Assembly (NCBI GenBank): GCA_026914245.1
Contig: CP110440.1
Coordinates: forward strand, 4,216,001-4,280,000
Source: Puccinia triticina
Lineage: Eukaryota
Reading direction: 5' to 3'
DNA length: 64,000 nt
Shown: positions 24,387 to 37,300 of the stretch, in pieces
Position numbering within the stretch: position 1 is the stretch's first letter
Layout: the number at the start of each line of letters is the position of its first letter
Program-made: the position numbers and the translations under genes
Notes under the pieces: model-generated
What the model saw: only the letters and a program-made list of their open reading frames with translations
Databases searched by the model: none
What the model was told of the DNA's origin: nothing

Positions 24387-25627
24387 CTCACCTCGAATCC
24401 TGTGAGGGGCCTCTGGCACTTGAAAGAACGATGATGGAACTTGCGCCCCACGGACGGGCTCTGAACGGAAACCGGGACCCGTACACGACTAGAGCAAGTA
24501 TCGTTCGACTCGACCGGTTACCAATGCCAGATAAAGTCGAGTAGAACGGAATACGGAACCATCTCACTCCCCGGGACTGATGGTTTACGGACCCACGGCC
24601 AATCATCATCAGATGGACGACCGCTTAAAAACAACCAACAACAAGAGGCATCTCAGCCTCGCCACTTTACCGCCGGCTACTGCATATATTATGGACTGGA
24701 AAAATACATACCTGGTCGACAAACAGACCTCCAACCAAAACCCGCGAAGACCTTTCAACTCGGTGGCGCGAGCAGTAGCGGCAATCAAACCTGACAGCTG
24801 CATCAACTAACGTAACAGCCACCCAGCTATCGAGGAAGGACGCAAAACGCACTCACTTCAAAAATGAACCCTGCTTACCAGCAGGGTTCAGGCTAGTTGT
24901 TGGTGTGGTTCAGGTGAGACCTCGAGGGCACCGGCGGTTTGACCTTGGCGACAGTGACGTGTCGGAAGGGTTGGAAGATCCGCGAAGTCGGGTGTGCAGG
25001 CTTGAAGTCTAACCCCATACATCCTCGCCCCTGAATAGCCATACCCTCCGAAGAAGGTACGGCCTATACACATACCCCCCCCCCCCCCCCGTACCGGGGT
25101 AAGGGCATACACACTACTCGGACCCCGGACGAGCTTCATAGACATGAACGGGCGGGTGTGATCAGTACAGCACACCCGGGCCCACAAGCCCGTCTAGATA
25201 TCGGTCAGGGACGGTCCACAGGTCCCCGATCACTACTCAATAAGCGGGACTCGCGGCTCCAAGCGCGCGCACTCTAGAGCTCCTGCGCAAACACTGCGGC
25301 CGCCACCATAGCACAAGCAGCACCACTGCGCAACTGCGCACCTGCGCACCTGCGGACTGCGGACTGCGCACAGCACTTCGACTCCCAGAACTGACAAAAA
25401 GTTCTTGTCAAGAAAAATCCCAAAATTGACAAAAATAAAATTTTTGGCCAATTTTCACTCTGCGGACCCTCTCATGCCACATTGCCCAAGAGAAGTCAAA
25501 ATAACCCAGCCTCCAAGGATTCAGCTAATCCTCATGTAAAGTTCCCACTTCACAGGTTCAACAGTTGGGGAAATAGCACTTTTTCACGTCAAAATTGTCT
25601 GGGGACAGACAATAAGTTGGGGGAGGA

Positions 25628-26533
25628 TGTGGTAGACGGAAAAGTGGAAAAATAAAAAAGTTTTTTTTCTATGCCACATAATTACTCATACTAGGCCTCA
25701 AGATACCATCAAATGGACCCCAGAAATGGATTCTACGGCCAATTTTACCCCTAGTCACAACTGGAAGCGTCACTGGAGCCCCTCTGGATTGGAACCTACA
25801 CGCCCTTGGACAATGGACACCCATCACACGTTCAGCATACCCAGTCACCAGCCTGTCACAAGCCTCAAATCAAGGATCACAGTATTATGCTTATACACAT
25901 CACAGGATACAAGCATACATCTCCCCATCAGACTATAGTCATCACATAGTATCAAGTACTCTTTTATTTCCATATTATGATGTCATCCCGCACTGATCCT
26001 GCAGTTCAGACGTCATTTATGCACCCCCTGCATCCACCTGTCAACTAATGCAGCCTAGTGTCACTTTGCGCAGCCTTTATGCAGCCCTACTGCATGCTTA
26101 TGACATCATTTATGTACCCCTGACACATTATGACATCATTTGTATCTACTCTCACCAGCTAAAATCCCTCACACTGTTGTCCAGATGAGCTGAAACCCTA
26201 ACCCACAAGGCCTCTGGGGCTCCACTTCTGTCTATATAAGGAGCTCTCTCCTCCCCAGTTGTCAGGTCCTCAGTTCATCACTCACCAATCACAGTCACCC
26301 CCAATATTCACCCTTACCAATTATAACCAACCCTTATATAAAATCATCAGCTCTATACCTTGTCAATCAAACAACTCATCTTGAGCCAACCTACCCTATC
26401 ACTTGAATAAAACTTGCCAAGCATAGCTTGGTGGGTCTTGTTGACTGATAGCATAGAAGGGCAGAGTTTGCACCTCCATCATCCCCTTCTCCAACCAGCA
26501 AAAAGGTTCTCAGGAACACTTTTGAGTCTTACA
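25628..26533 (+). repeat. 3' LTR (906 bp)
   Basis: Near-identical to 14592-15496 and preceded by the PPT. Confidence 0.95.
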
Positions 26534-27190
26534 CCGGCCTTTGGAAAATACCCTCTCCGACAAAGCATATGTCGCGGGAATGGCTAGGTAACATCGAGCC
26601 ATTCTGGCCAACATGGGGAGTGATTGCTGTCGACTTTGCCAGTAATCAAGAACGTTTGTTCCTTTCAGCTTGGGATCTTCTTTGAGATACCGGTTGATCT
26701 CAGCATCAATTGTGTCGACCGGACCGGTAGGTCCATAGAACTCAGAATCAAAGAAATCAATCTTGCTTCCCCGGTCTGGAGCTTTGCTAGGCTGGCTAGT
26801 TTCATTTTTGGCGGGAGGTTCTTTCTGGTACTTGGTATTGAACTCTTTGGCAGTACATATCCGAGAAAATTGGAGGACTTCCTCAACTGAGATCTTGTAC
26901 ATATGTAGTGTTTATTGATGAAGTTGGAATGTTTTTTCCAGAACATAGACTTGAAAGTTGGGTCGAGGATCATCACACAGAAGTAGATTCCCGCGGCTTC
27001 TGTTGGTGTTTCTTTTTCTCTTCATGTTGGTTATTTGGAGGTTTCAGAAGATGATGCCACCAGACTCTGGTTGGCGGTTGGGACTGACAAAAAAAACCTA
27101 AGCACCCGGGTGGTTTGGTGTCCACCCGGGTGAATTCGGATCTGGGCGTTGGGATGGGTATGGCCACCCGTCCCAAACCCCGGGTTACAC
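26534..27190 (-). mobile_element. Internally deleted hAT relic with dimerization domain
   Basis: MILDPTFK; EINRYLKE...VLDYWQSRQQSLPMLARMARCYLAIPAT...SERVFSKG (hAT C-terminal dimerization motif). Confidence 0.85.
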
Positions 27191-28681
27191 CTTTTTTCAG
27201 GGCGCGTCTCTAAAGTGGCGACACACTGAATAGAAAAGAACAAGTGGTGAGTTCCTAAAGAGGAAAACACGCTCAACTCAACCACGGTGCGGGAGGAGAA
27301 AGCCGAGCCTCCGGTGGAGGGGCTGGTAGAGCTTAGTCGTACCTGAACCCTTAAGGTGGTTCGTGAAACTCTAGCTTACCTTAAAAGGTAGGGAGTGGAA
27401 GAAAACCGGATGAGGCCGGAGGTTGGTACGGAAACGGAGCGGTGGAGGATGAGCGTAGTAAAAGAGAAAGGAAATTAAAGGATATGAGATGCAAATAGAA
27501 GTAAAGCCCCGGTCGTTTGTATCAAACAAGATGGACGGGCATAGTATTCTAATAATGGTCTAAGGAACCTCCTCTTGCGCGGATTCCTGATCTTTCATAG
27601 CCCAGGAGGCCGGGAACTCAGGCATTCCGTGTCCTCACGGTGTTCCTGTTTGAGAACAATCCACGCGTAGAACATTTGCATGTTTGTGCTCATTCAAGCA
27701 CAACAACCGGTGAGAATCATCTAGCCAAGCGTGACAACCAACAGCAGGGATTCACATCTGGTTGAATCCCCAGCTTGTTTGCGCTTATGCGCGCACGCGT
27801 CATCTGTGGTGCGTGTTGTGCCTGGAATGGCATTTGGCGTGCACCCGTCTTCTGTGGCGCGTGTTGTGTCAGCGTTGCCACTTTCTGGACTAGCCAATGG
27901 CTGACACCTTTACTGGGAGTCATTGGGTGCGCCGCTATACAACAAATTGGTCCCGGTGCAGTGGACTGCAAACATGCTGTTGAGTTTTTGTCCTCTGGAC
28001 TCTTTCTTGTCTGCCTTCTGCCTCAATCACATTTTGTCCTTCTCCCTGAGGCTACTCACTCAATTCTTTGATCCTATCCTCTTTTATGCATGCTCTCATC
28101 CTATGGTCTGTATGTTGTCTTTGTTCATGTTGGATATCTGTACCAGCCTTGTGACCTTGATCCCTGCCTTGATTAGATCATCAAACTTTCCTTATACATA
28201 CATCTTATCCTCTGATGTGCGCGTGCTCTGATTGTGATAGTCTTGATTTCTTGTGACATTCATTTCTGTGAGATTCCATTGTATTCCATTCAATTTCTCA
28301 TATTCATTGTGTTTCTTAACCACAAGTCTGCCTTGTGTACAGGACCCAGGAAAGCCCCTATGTAACACAGTAACCTAAACTTCCATTTTTTTTTGAAAAA
28401 TTCATGCATTTTTGGAGCTCATTCATACACATTTTGTGTGTAGGTTCAGAGCTTGGTCTAAAAATTCATACAAATTTTGTGCCTACATTGTTTGTTGCCA
28501 GAATTGATGCTGCTTCCAAGGGGGGGGGTGCAAGAAAAGAAAAAAAACTGGACACCAGACTGCTGTAACTGTTGAGGGGGGGGGGGGGGGGGGAGGGGGA
28601 AATGGGGTCACTTGGGCAGGGGAAATAAAAAGGAAAGGACATGGGATGCAACCTGTGCATGGATTGGGTGGCGCGGGGGGA

Positions 28682-29673
28682 TGTCAGCCTTAGAGATACA
28701 TCAAGTATCCAAAAGACTGCAATAACTTAGTAAATAATAATAATTAGTGAATTATTATTGCAGAATAAGATTCCTCATCATAAATTAAGGGGGGTCACCC
28801 ACTCAAAGTACCCCCTTATTCCTATTCCTTTATGTACTAATTGTATAAATAAGAATTGGCCCCAGAAAGCGCCCAAAAATAGTATTACATACAAAAATTT
28901 AGTAAAACAAACAATGTACATAAAAATAAACTGTTGTACATTAATGAGTAATATTACTTGTGTAAAATACCCCGTGAAAGTATTATGTAGACTTCTACTG
29001 AAGCTCTTTCACATGACAATTGGTTATAAACATGTCATGTGACAGAGTCAGGGAAATTAGTCTATTACAATACAATTACATTACCCACAGCCAAGCCCTT
29101 TTCACGGCTACACCCCTGGATACTCCCATAGGGAGAAAAAGGACTCAGTGTTTACGCTCACTGAAGTCCCCTCTATAAATAGAGGCCTATTTGGCCCTCA
29201 GGAAAAGATCCCCCAGACTATTCACCGCCCATAAACTGTAAGTTTGCCATGAATATTCTCCTCTGCTACTATTGTAGCCCCTTTTCCTTATAAACCATCC
29301 CCAGCACGTAAATCCACTGGATTAAACCCTTTAAATTATTAAAAATCCCTTATTAGCATATTTAAAGCTTTATCCTTATAAGTAGTTGCCGTAAGACCAC
29401 CGCCTCTGTCAAGCAGCCAATCAGTTTAAGCGCTTACCACCTACTTTTCACGCCAAATTGATTCCCTGTAATTAATAATTATATATTATTAATTACATAA
29501 TAAATCCTCCTCTTTTAGAGAATGTTTAAAACCCTTGTAGTGGCCATATTTACCACGTAACAAGTTTAGTAATTTACATTACTAGTGTTTACATCAGCAC
29601 AGTTATAGTGCTAGGGCCCAAAACCCTTAATTTTGACGGGTTTTTGCCCTAAGCTTCATAAACAGAGCTGTCA
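28682..29673. mobile_element. Solo LTR (992 bp)
   Basis: TGTCAG...CTGTCA termini, 5-bp TSD GGGGA, TATAAA near 29175. Confidence 0.75.
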
Positions 29674-29880
29674 GGGGAGGTGGATTGATATAATTTGTAT
29701 CTCCTTGCAGCGGTGGTACTGGAGCCGCAGCCAGAGGGTAGGTGGGTGTGACGCTGCTCCAGCCTAGAATTGCAGACTTGATTCAGACTGAAAAATCATT
29801 ACAGACAAGGCTTTCAAGCTTACCTGGAGCCCTAGCTTAACAAAGCCTCTTGGTCCAAGGGTCCGGGGGACCCTGCCCGG

Positions 29881-29970
29881 TGTAAGACTCAAAAGTGGTT
29901 GTGAAACCTTTTTTCTGAATGGAGAAGGGGATGAAGGAGGTGCAAGCTCTGCCCTTCTATACTACCAGCT

Positions 29971-30001
<31 letters not shown>

Positions 30002-30782
30002 TTATTAAGTGATAGGAGTGGTTAGCTCAAGATAAGTTTCTCGTGACACAGTATAAAAAGGTTGTTATTCAGTATGTAAAAGTTGTTATATGTAAGTAAG
30101 AGGGTTGAGTGGGCACGTAAGTGTTTTGGGTGATGGGTGAGTATAAAACTTGATGAGCAATAAACTGAGGAACTACAAATGGGGGGGAAGAGAGCTCCTT
30201 ATATAGACAAATGTGAGGGATTTTGGCTCCAGGGCAGCCCCTGAGTGAGGTATTTTAGCTGGCCTGTGCTGTAAAACATAAGGGAGCTGAGAAGGAGTGG
30301 CTGTGTACAATTTATGCAAGGGGTGCATACATGAGGAGAGGCTGTGCCAGATGATATCATAATTGATGCAAGGGGTGCATAAGCTGTGCAGGGAATGATC
30401 ATGTGATGTAATAAGACCAAACAAAGTGGAGTTAGAAGGAACTAGAATGTGGGGAACCATTCAGTTGAAGGGGCACAGCCTGCAGGGGCAGTGCTGCATG
30501 ATGTCATATACATAACAAACAAATCCAAACCAATATATGTAGTGGGGATAAAATGGTGCGGAGAAATGTGATATGAGGCGCCTGAAAGGTGGTTGACTGG
30601 GTGCTACAGGTTGTCCAAAGGGTCTAACTTCCAGTGTAGTGGGGCTTCAGTGATGCTTCCAGTGGGGACTAGGGGTTACTTTAGCTGTGGATTCCATTCA
30701 TGGTGTACAAGGGAAGGTATCTTGAGGCTTTCTGTATGTACATGAGAAAAACTTTTGATTTTTCACATTTTTGAGTACCACA
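29881..30782 (-). mobile_element. Solo LTR related to the 14592 Gypsy family
   Basis: Reverse complement aligns with the 905-bp LTR along its length (TGTGGTA...GAGTCTTACA) but is diverged. 4-bp TSD CCGG. Confidence 0.9.
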
Positions 30783-31777
30783 CCGGAAAGGCCTCCGCAG
30801 GAGAGGCTTATGAGTTATGTCTTGATTTAAGCAGGAGCAGAAAGGATCTGCTACACTAAAAATCCCAACTAATATAAAAAAACTGAATACAAAGAGTTTT
30901 AGGTTCTGTTCTTGCGAGGAATTTGAGCGACTTATCTATCTTGTAGCTAGAAAAACAACTCCTGGAGTCCCAAAAAATTTGAGCCTCATTTGGAAGTGCA
31001 TTTTTGATCTTTTGAAAAGGTCAACAGATTGTGATAGAAAAAATCTGAGTAGACCAAATTGTAGAGAAAGAAAAGTAGCATAGGGTACAGATAGGGCGTG
31101 GAGAGGCTGGGGGAGGAGCTATAAATTTTTTAAAAAAAGCTCAGCCAAATGAACTTTCTGCTCCCGCGTAAAATTTGGGATAATGCACAAGTCCCTCCCT
31201 GCGGGAGGGGCGGCTTTGCTGCCAGCCACAGCGCTCCCACCAGGGAAGAATTGTGTTAAGTTAGCCTTGAGCCCCTGATTCTCATACATTTTTGGTTAAT
31301 ACCCCCCTTTCCCTCATGAAAATTTCATACAATTGAGGTGAGTACCTTCACCGGCCAAAATGACCATTCATACATCTGGGGTGCGTAGGTTTTTTGGTTT
31401 TTGACAAAAAATTCATACATTTTTTTTATTGTGTTCCATAGGGGATTTCCTGGGTCCTCTGTGCACCTAGTCTATATTTACCATAGAATAGCCCTGTAAA
31501 CAACATCACCATTGGTTCTTTCCTCTTCATGTACGCGCCATCCTCTGAGCCGCATCTGGTGAGCACTCTCATCTTGAGCTCTTGAGCTCCTCTTTGAGTA
31601 TCCTCTGAGATCATGCCAATCTTTCATTATCCAAACACATGCTGGAACAATGTGTGTCTTCCTTGCATTTGCTAGTATGGATTAGCTCAGCTCTGGAGAG
31701 CTGAGGATCAAATTCTGGTCATCTTCCTAGAATGAGGGGTTCCATTCATGCAGTGTAGGGGAATGTCTCCATCTCTG

Positions 31778-31976
31778 CACTGACGCTACACGCGCAGGGC
31801 GCTGAAAAACGCGCGTTATGCTGCATTACAGCGCTTTTTAGTGGCATTTTGACATTTTCTGACGCTAAAAATTCTGTAGCGTAGCAGAGGGAGTGGCACG
31901 CTAACACTGCAGAAAAAGCGGGCCGCAATTAGCGCCACAATTCTAACACTAAGTATAACCACATTGTAGTGTAGTG
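31778..31976. mobile_element. Small CACTA-like MITE
   Basis: CACTGACGCTACA...TGTAGTGTAGTG imperfect TIR, 2-bp flanking TG repeat. Confidence 0.45.
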
Positions 31977-32478
31977 TGGATCCCATTGTTGATATAAATA
32001 TTAAGCAAGTGTTACATTAATTGCAGCCACTCATCTCATTCTCATATAGCATTCAAATTTAATTCTGAATGGATGGTGGCTGGTGCTTTCCTGGTGCTCC
32101 CAAGAGTGCTGAGGAAGTGGTTCCAAGCTGTTCTGCTTTCCTTCCTCTCTACAGAGCACCAATAGGTGATGAGCACTGTGGTGTTCACACCAGTGCCAAA
32201 TCAGGATCATGGATGCTTCAAGATGGTGGACTTCAAGATACAGAATGCAGAGTGAGATATTCAAGGTTCTGCTTTGAAATCCAGGTGCAGTATGGTCTGC
32301 AAGGTCCGCCAGAGGCAGAGTTCAATATTCAAGGCTTGATTCAGATTCCAAAGTATTCAAGGTTTCTGGTTCCAACATTGCTCCCCTCTGCAGTTTTTTT
32401 CTTTTTTGTGTGGTATTGTGTGCAAGAGTGGTTGTAGGTCTGTGCGTTTTTCAGAAACAAGGAGAGGATGAAACCTCC

Positions 32479-34020
32479 TGTGACATCCTCCTCCTGGAGT
32501 CACCAGGGGGGGAATTGTTGCACTCTTCAGAGAGTGCCAGACTGTAATTTGGTCATTGGAGTTGTCTGATATCAGTCCAATGCCAGTACTAATTTCAACT
32601 TCAACTCATGTGTATCTCATGCTCAAGTCACCCTGATGCCTGGGGGAGCAGTTTGATGTTATGATTGGTCTGGCGGGGTTGAGAGGCAGTCTGGTGATCC
32701 TAGCTAGAATGTAGATTGCTAGATGGGGAAACGGTAATGATCTCCCCCCTGCGCCTCTAAGTAACAGAGGCGCATGACATGTATGTAAAAATGAGTGACA
32801 TGACCTCCCGGGGCAGCGCACGGCGCGTGAACGCGGCTCATAACACTACCCCGCCCTTAATGCCCAAGCCCCCGGCTCTGCGCCCTCGTCCTCGGGCGGC
32901 ATCAAAAAACCCCGTAGGGAAAAAGCCAACCCTCATTGTATTCGCCTTGTCCTCCTGTGCCGTCACGTCGCATGCGGGAATTATTTTTTGGAAATTTTGC
33001 CCAATTTTTGACAATTCTTCAGGTTGCTGACTGGTTCCCACAAATTTGACTCTGGCCCGTATCCCTTCCATTCAACCAAGTATTCCGTCCGCTTTCCCCT
33101 TTTTCGGCAGTCCAGGATCCCCTCGACTTCCCACTCCCCTTCTAGTTCCACTGGCTCTGGCGGTTCCTTTACGCGGCCATTGATTGTATCCTCTTCAGCA
33201 TTCCTAAGTAATGAAACGTGGAAGTGCGGGTGCACTCCCTTCATAGAATCAGGCAGGGTCAGCGCATATACCAATGGTGATATCCTGTTAGAAATAAGAA
33301 AAGGCACCAGCCACTTGTGAGCTAGTTTGGGGCTGGGTCTTGTTGTTGAGATGTTTTTTACGTTGAGCCATACCGCGTCCCCTATCTTCCAATCAGGTGC
33401 CTTCCTCGCGTGTTTGTCAAACTGGACCTTCATAACTTCCTGAGCTTCTTCCAACCCAGCCTTGAGTTACACGTGTTGCGACAAACTGGAGCAGCAAAGA
33501 CGAGCGGAGAGAGTGTGTTGGAAGGATAATTTCAACATAAGATGAAGTGAGGAAAACAATGAGAAAGAGAAAGAAGATACTGACCTGGAGCAGCAAAGAC
33601 GAGCGTAGAGAGTGTGTTGGAAGGATGGGGAAAAGGATTTGACCAACACTGCTGCTCCAGGTTATATAGAGTTCGGAGAGAAGAGAAAAAGGATGTCACA
33701 GTATGTGATATGTACATGACACAAAAGATTGAAGCATACTACAAGATGAGCCACCTCAACACCACGTGTGTCTCCTCCAGTTTCTTGAGGCGTGCATCCA
33801 CCGCGGGGATGCATTGGTCGTGCACCGGTATGCCGCCAAAGGTTAGGTCGTATCCGTAGTTCGCCCTAAACGGCGACATTCCAATGGAGACGTGGTCCGC
33901 GTTGTTGTGTGAAAACTCTGCCAATGGGAGGAGGGGCTCCCAGTTGTCCTGGTGATACCCCACAAAGTGTCTGAGATACTGTTCAATTGCTTTGTTGACT
34001 ATCTTTGATTGGCCATCAGT
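32479..34020 (-). mobile_element. 3' fragment of a chromovirus (Gypsy): integrase C-terminus, chromodomain, PPT and LTR
   Basis: HQDNWEPLLPLAEFSHNN; chromodomain EWEVEGILDCRKRGKRTEYLVEWKGYGPESNLWEP; PPT AAGGGCGGGGTAG, then LTR at about 32845-32479. Confidence 0.85.
33474..33761. mobile_element. Short solo LTR inserted in the chromovirus integrase
   Basis: TGTTG...CAACA termini, TSD ACACG/CCACG, internal direct repeat of about 42 bp. Confidence 0.75.
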
Positions 34021-34329
34021 ATATGACTCGGGCTCTCAACAACACACCTGATAGAATATGGAAATGAAATAAAGAAAAGATTAACAATTATAAGTTCAAT
34101 TTGAGGATAAGGAAAAGGTCGCATACCTGCGGCGATGACGGCGCAGATTGATGATTGGATGAAAGGAATGGTTTGGCAATGAAGGACGCGCAGAAGACAG
34201 TCTAGACATATCAGAGGGAAAAGAAAAACAAATAAACAAAATAAGGGATGATTCAGCTTTTGGTTGAGTTGATTTGGTTTTGATGTTGGTTCGGGGAAAT
34301 TTGAACTTACTAGTCTTTCTCTTCACGAT

Positions 34330-37300
34330 TGAATTGTATAAGCGCATGAAGAAAAAGACTAGCAGGTTGGGGCGGGGCTGGTAGCTTTTGATGGCGGGGA
34401 GTGGGATTTGCGGTTAGGTTTAAACTGAGTATATTCCGGATGCAAGTGAGAATTGGATGAGAAATGAATTTCATAATCAAGCTTTGGAGTAATTGCATAA
34501 TCTAACACATGACCGATCAATGGTAACACCAATGCCATAACTGGTTGATGCATCTTCCATCCACCCAATTTTGGTTGGTTCCAGGCTTGCAATCAGGCGG
34601 GTTTGTTTGAATGATAGAAAGGTCTGTTGCCAGTACTCAAGGTCGTTCCGTACGTCCAACGGGATAAGAAGGGCTGTTCTTCTATGCACCCAGCTGCACA
34701 TCCATCGGTACAAACCGCAGAGGTATGAGCGCAGTTGAGGCAGCATGTAAGAGACATGGTTTAGCCGTCCGGCGAGGATCTCAGCTTGGTTATAGGAAAA
34801 AACCTCTCCTACGGTCAGGAAGGCTTTGACTTGTTTTCTCCGTTCTGCGAGTTTTTCTTCTGGTAGTTGAACAGTTTTTTCATTTGCGTTCCAAATAAAC
34901 CCTATGTACTTCTGCTCTGCTTTGAAAGGCAATACCTTTGTCGGGTTGGTTTTGACGCCTAGCTCGGTTGATCTTTTGATGATTTCGTCCATGGTTACCG
35001 TGGACAAAACTTCCTTGATAAACAGATTATTGTTGACCCAGCGGAAGACGTTGACCAGGTCGAACTCAGCTAGCATAATCTGTTTCCAGGCGTCGGCCGG
35101 TCTGCCAAAAGAGACGCAACTGGCAACACCTCCAAAGGCGATCCTAGTATCAATGATAATTTGGTCGTTGAAGTCTTTGAGCATCAGGAAGGGCCACTGG
35201 TTTGGCGCCGTGGGAATTTGCCTGTAGGCCTTTTCCCAGTCGAAAATTGCCAAAAGGGCTGGTTCTGTGCAGTCGCAAAGGAAACAAGACACCGCCATGA
35301 AATCATCCCAGGTAGTTTGAAATTTGGCTTTGTCAACAAACGAATTGACAGATGGGACTCGTAGATTGTTATGCGGGAAAGAGAGGTCCTTGATCGCTCA
35401 AAGCGAACCATCTCCGTTTACCACTGCCCCTAAAGGGTTTGTCCTGAAGAAGCTGAAACAGTCCCATACCTGCTCTGATTGGAAAGGACCAAACATGCAA
35501 CCCTCTTGAATTTCTTTGGTGATTGACTCCTCAATCTTTCCACGCGCCATGAGTGCCGATTGGTGGTTTGGAGGAGCAAAGTACGGGATATCCTTGCCCA
35601 GGTCGTGGGTCGGGATCCCTTGGTCAAAACCGTGTCTGAAACCCTTGATAACGTCTTGGAACTCTGGAAGCAGGCCTGCAGTGGAGAGCGCTGCCTCCCA
35701 GGCGTCTATATCCATATCACATTCGGCTTTCACCGGCCACTTTGGGTTAGTGTCCCTCTCTTGGGAGCTCTCACTCACGATCTCAATAGGCTCGGACTTG
35801 TTGCCAAATGGGGAAGGCTCTCTATAGAGTAGCAAAAGGTATTTTCCAAATTTGGCTTCAGTTCACCAGGTTTTGCATTACTTTGATGTATGATAGGAAG
35901 GAAACACAAATTGGATGGGCTCGACAAAAAGGACGACCCGTCTGTTGGATGTGGGTACTAATATGGGTTTGGGCCTCAGAGGGTTGAGATTTTAATGTTG
36001 AGCTGGATTGCTCAGAGAACCCAGTGTATATGCTCAGACAGGGCTAGACTGTGTTGTCTGGGGAAAGGGGGTGGGGGCGTGTTGAGTGGAAAGGCAAGAG
36101 AAAAGGGGGACGGACAGCAACAGAGGGGGAATAACATGGAGGAAGGGGGAGCAAAAATAGGGAAACGAGGCCTACGGTCTGTTTGGTCCGCTGCCGGATT
36201 GTTTGGGGCCCTGTCCGTTAGATCGCTGCTTGGCAAAGGCTGGGTTGAAGTTCTTTCCCAGGTATCTGGAGCTCTTGGGCCTGCTTTCTTTTGGCTTGGC
36301 TGGGAGATTGTTTGCGCCTGGGCCCGGGTTGGGGTTGACGGAGGTCGTGGCCCCAGCTTATGGAGCAGATCTTGAAGCGCTTGGTGGGTTTCCCCGTGCT
36401 TGTTGGGATTTAAACCAGTGTGGGGGTTGCACCCAAACCTTGGTCCGCCAATAGCGTAAGGATTGCTGTCCCGGAAGAAGAGCTCGTCTAGTCGTCTAGA
36501 TTCGCCGTAGACGGTGTCATAGACCTCCTGCCTGAAGACAGAGATGTCGGAAAACGAGGAGACCCTGTTCTTGACCACGCGGTGAGCGAATGCATTTTCC
36601 CGAATCCGGATGTTGTAGCGTAGCGCAACCATGAACCGGTCCTTGCGTAGGATTTTGTCTGCATTCATTTTGTGCAAGACAATCCACTGTCCTAGGGTTT
36701 CATAGCGGTATATGTTGCGCATTGTTATCTAAACAGGAGTGGTGTCTGTTCAGTTTGTCAAACGTTTTGGCAGACTTTCCTAAGAACATGGGAGATGTGA
36801 TGATGCTTACAAGGAATTCTGAGTAATTAAGGCTCCAGTTGCTGTAGGACATGAGCCACTTGCTCGGGTATTGGTAGCCCGTGTAGCGCATTCCTCTCTC
36901 CGTTGAATTATCATTGTTTTTGGGACGTTTCTTGGCGTGGTACTGGAGTGCCGCTTCCTGCCATGCTTTATTGAAGATTGTTAAGGGAAGTGGTCCCTTC
37001 AAATTAAGTAAGTCCCGTTCAAAATGTGGGGTAAAGCCCACCCCTTCGTGGGAGTTAGTGTGACCCCAGTTGAAGTTAACACTTCTGACGGTTGTGTTCT
37101 CTTTCTCGCCGGTCAGGGCTAGGGGCGGCTCCAACGTGAGGGCATGTTTGAACGGTTGCTCAGATGTCAATAGGGGGGTCGCTGCTGGTACCAGGGTGAT
37201 TGGGATTGTAGCTGGCTCCCTGGGAAGGGGGATGATAGGATAGTTAGGAGGTTAACCCATGCTACAAATTCTGGGTTTGAGGAGTATCCTACCCTAAAAT

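Larger units (their letters stand above)
14592..26533 (+). mobile_element. Full-length Ty3/Gypsy LTR retrotransposon (about 11.9 kb, no chromodomain), inactivated
   Basis: Paired TG...CA LTRs, 4-bp TSD CCGG (14588-91 and 26534-37), PPT AAGTTGGGGGAGGA before the 3' LTR, domain order gag-PR-RT-RH-INT. Confidence 0.96.
28341..31458. mobile_element. Non-autonomous TIR element carrying two nested solo LTRs
   Basis: AGGACCCAGGAAAGCCCCTATGTAACACAGTAA at 28341 is inverted (3 mismatches) at 31426-31458. Repeated AAATTCATACA subterminal motifs. TSD unresolved. Confidence 0.6.
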
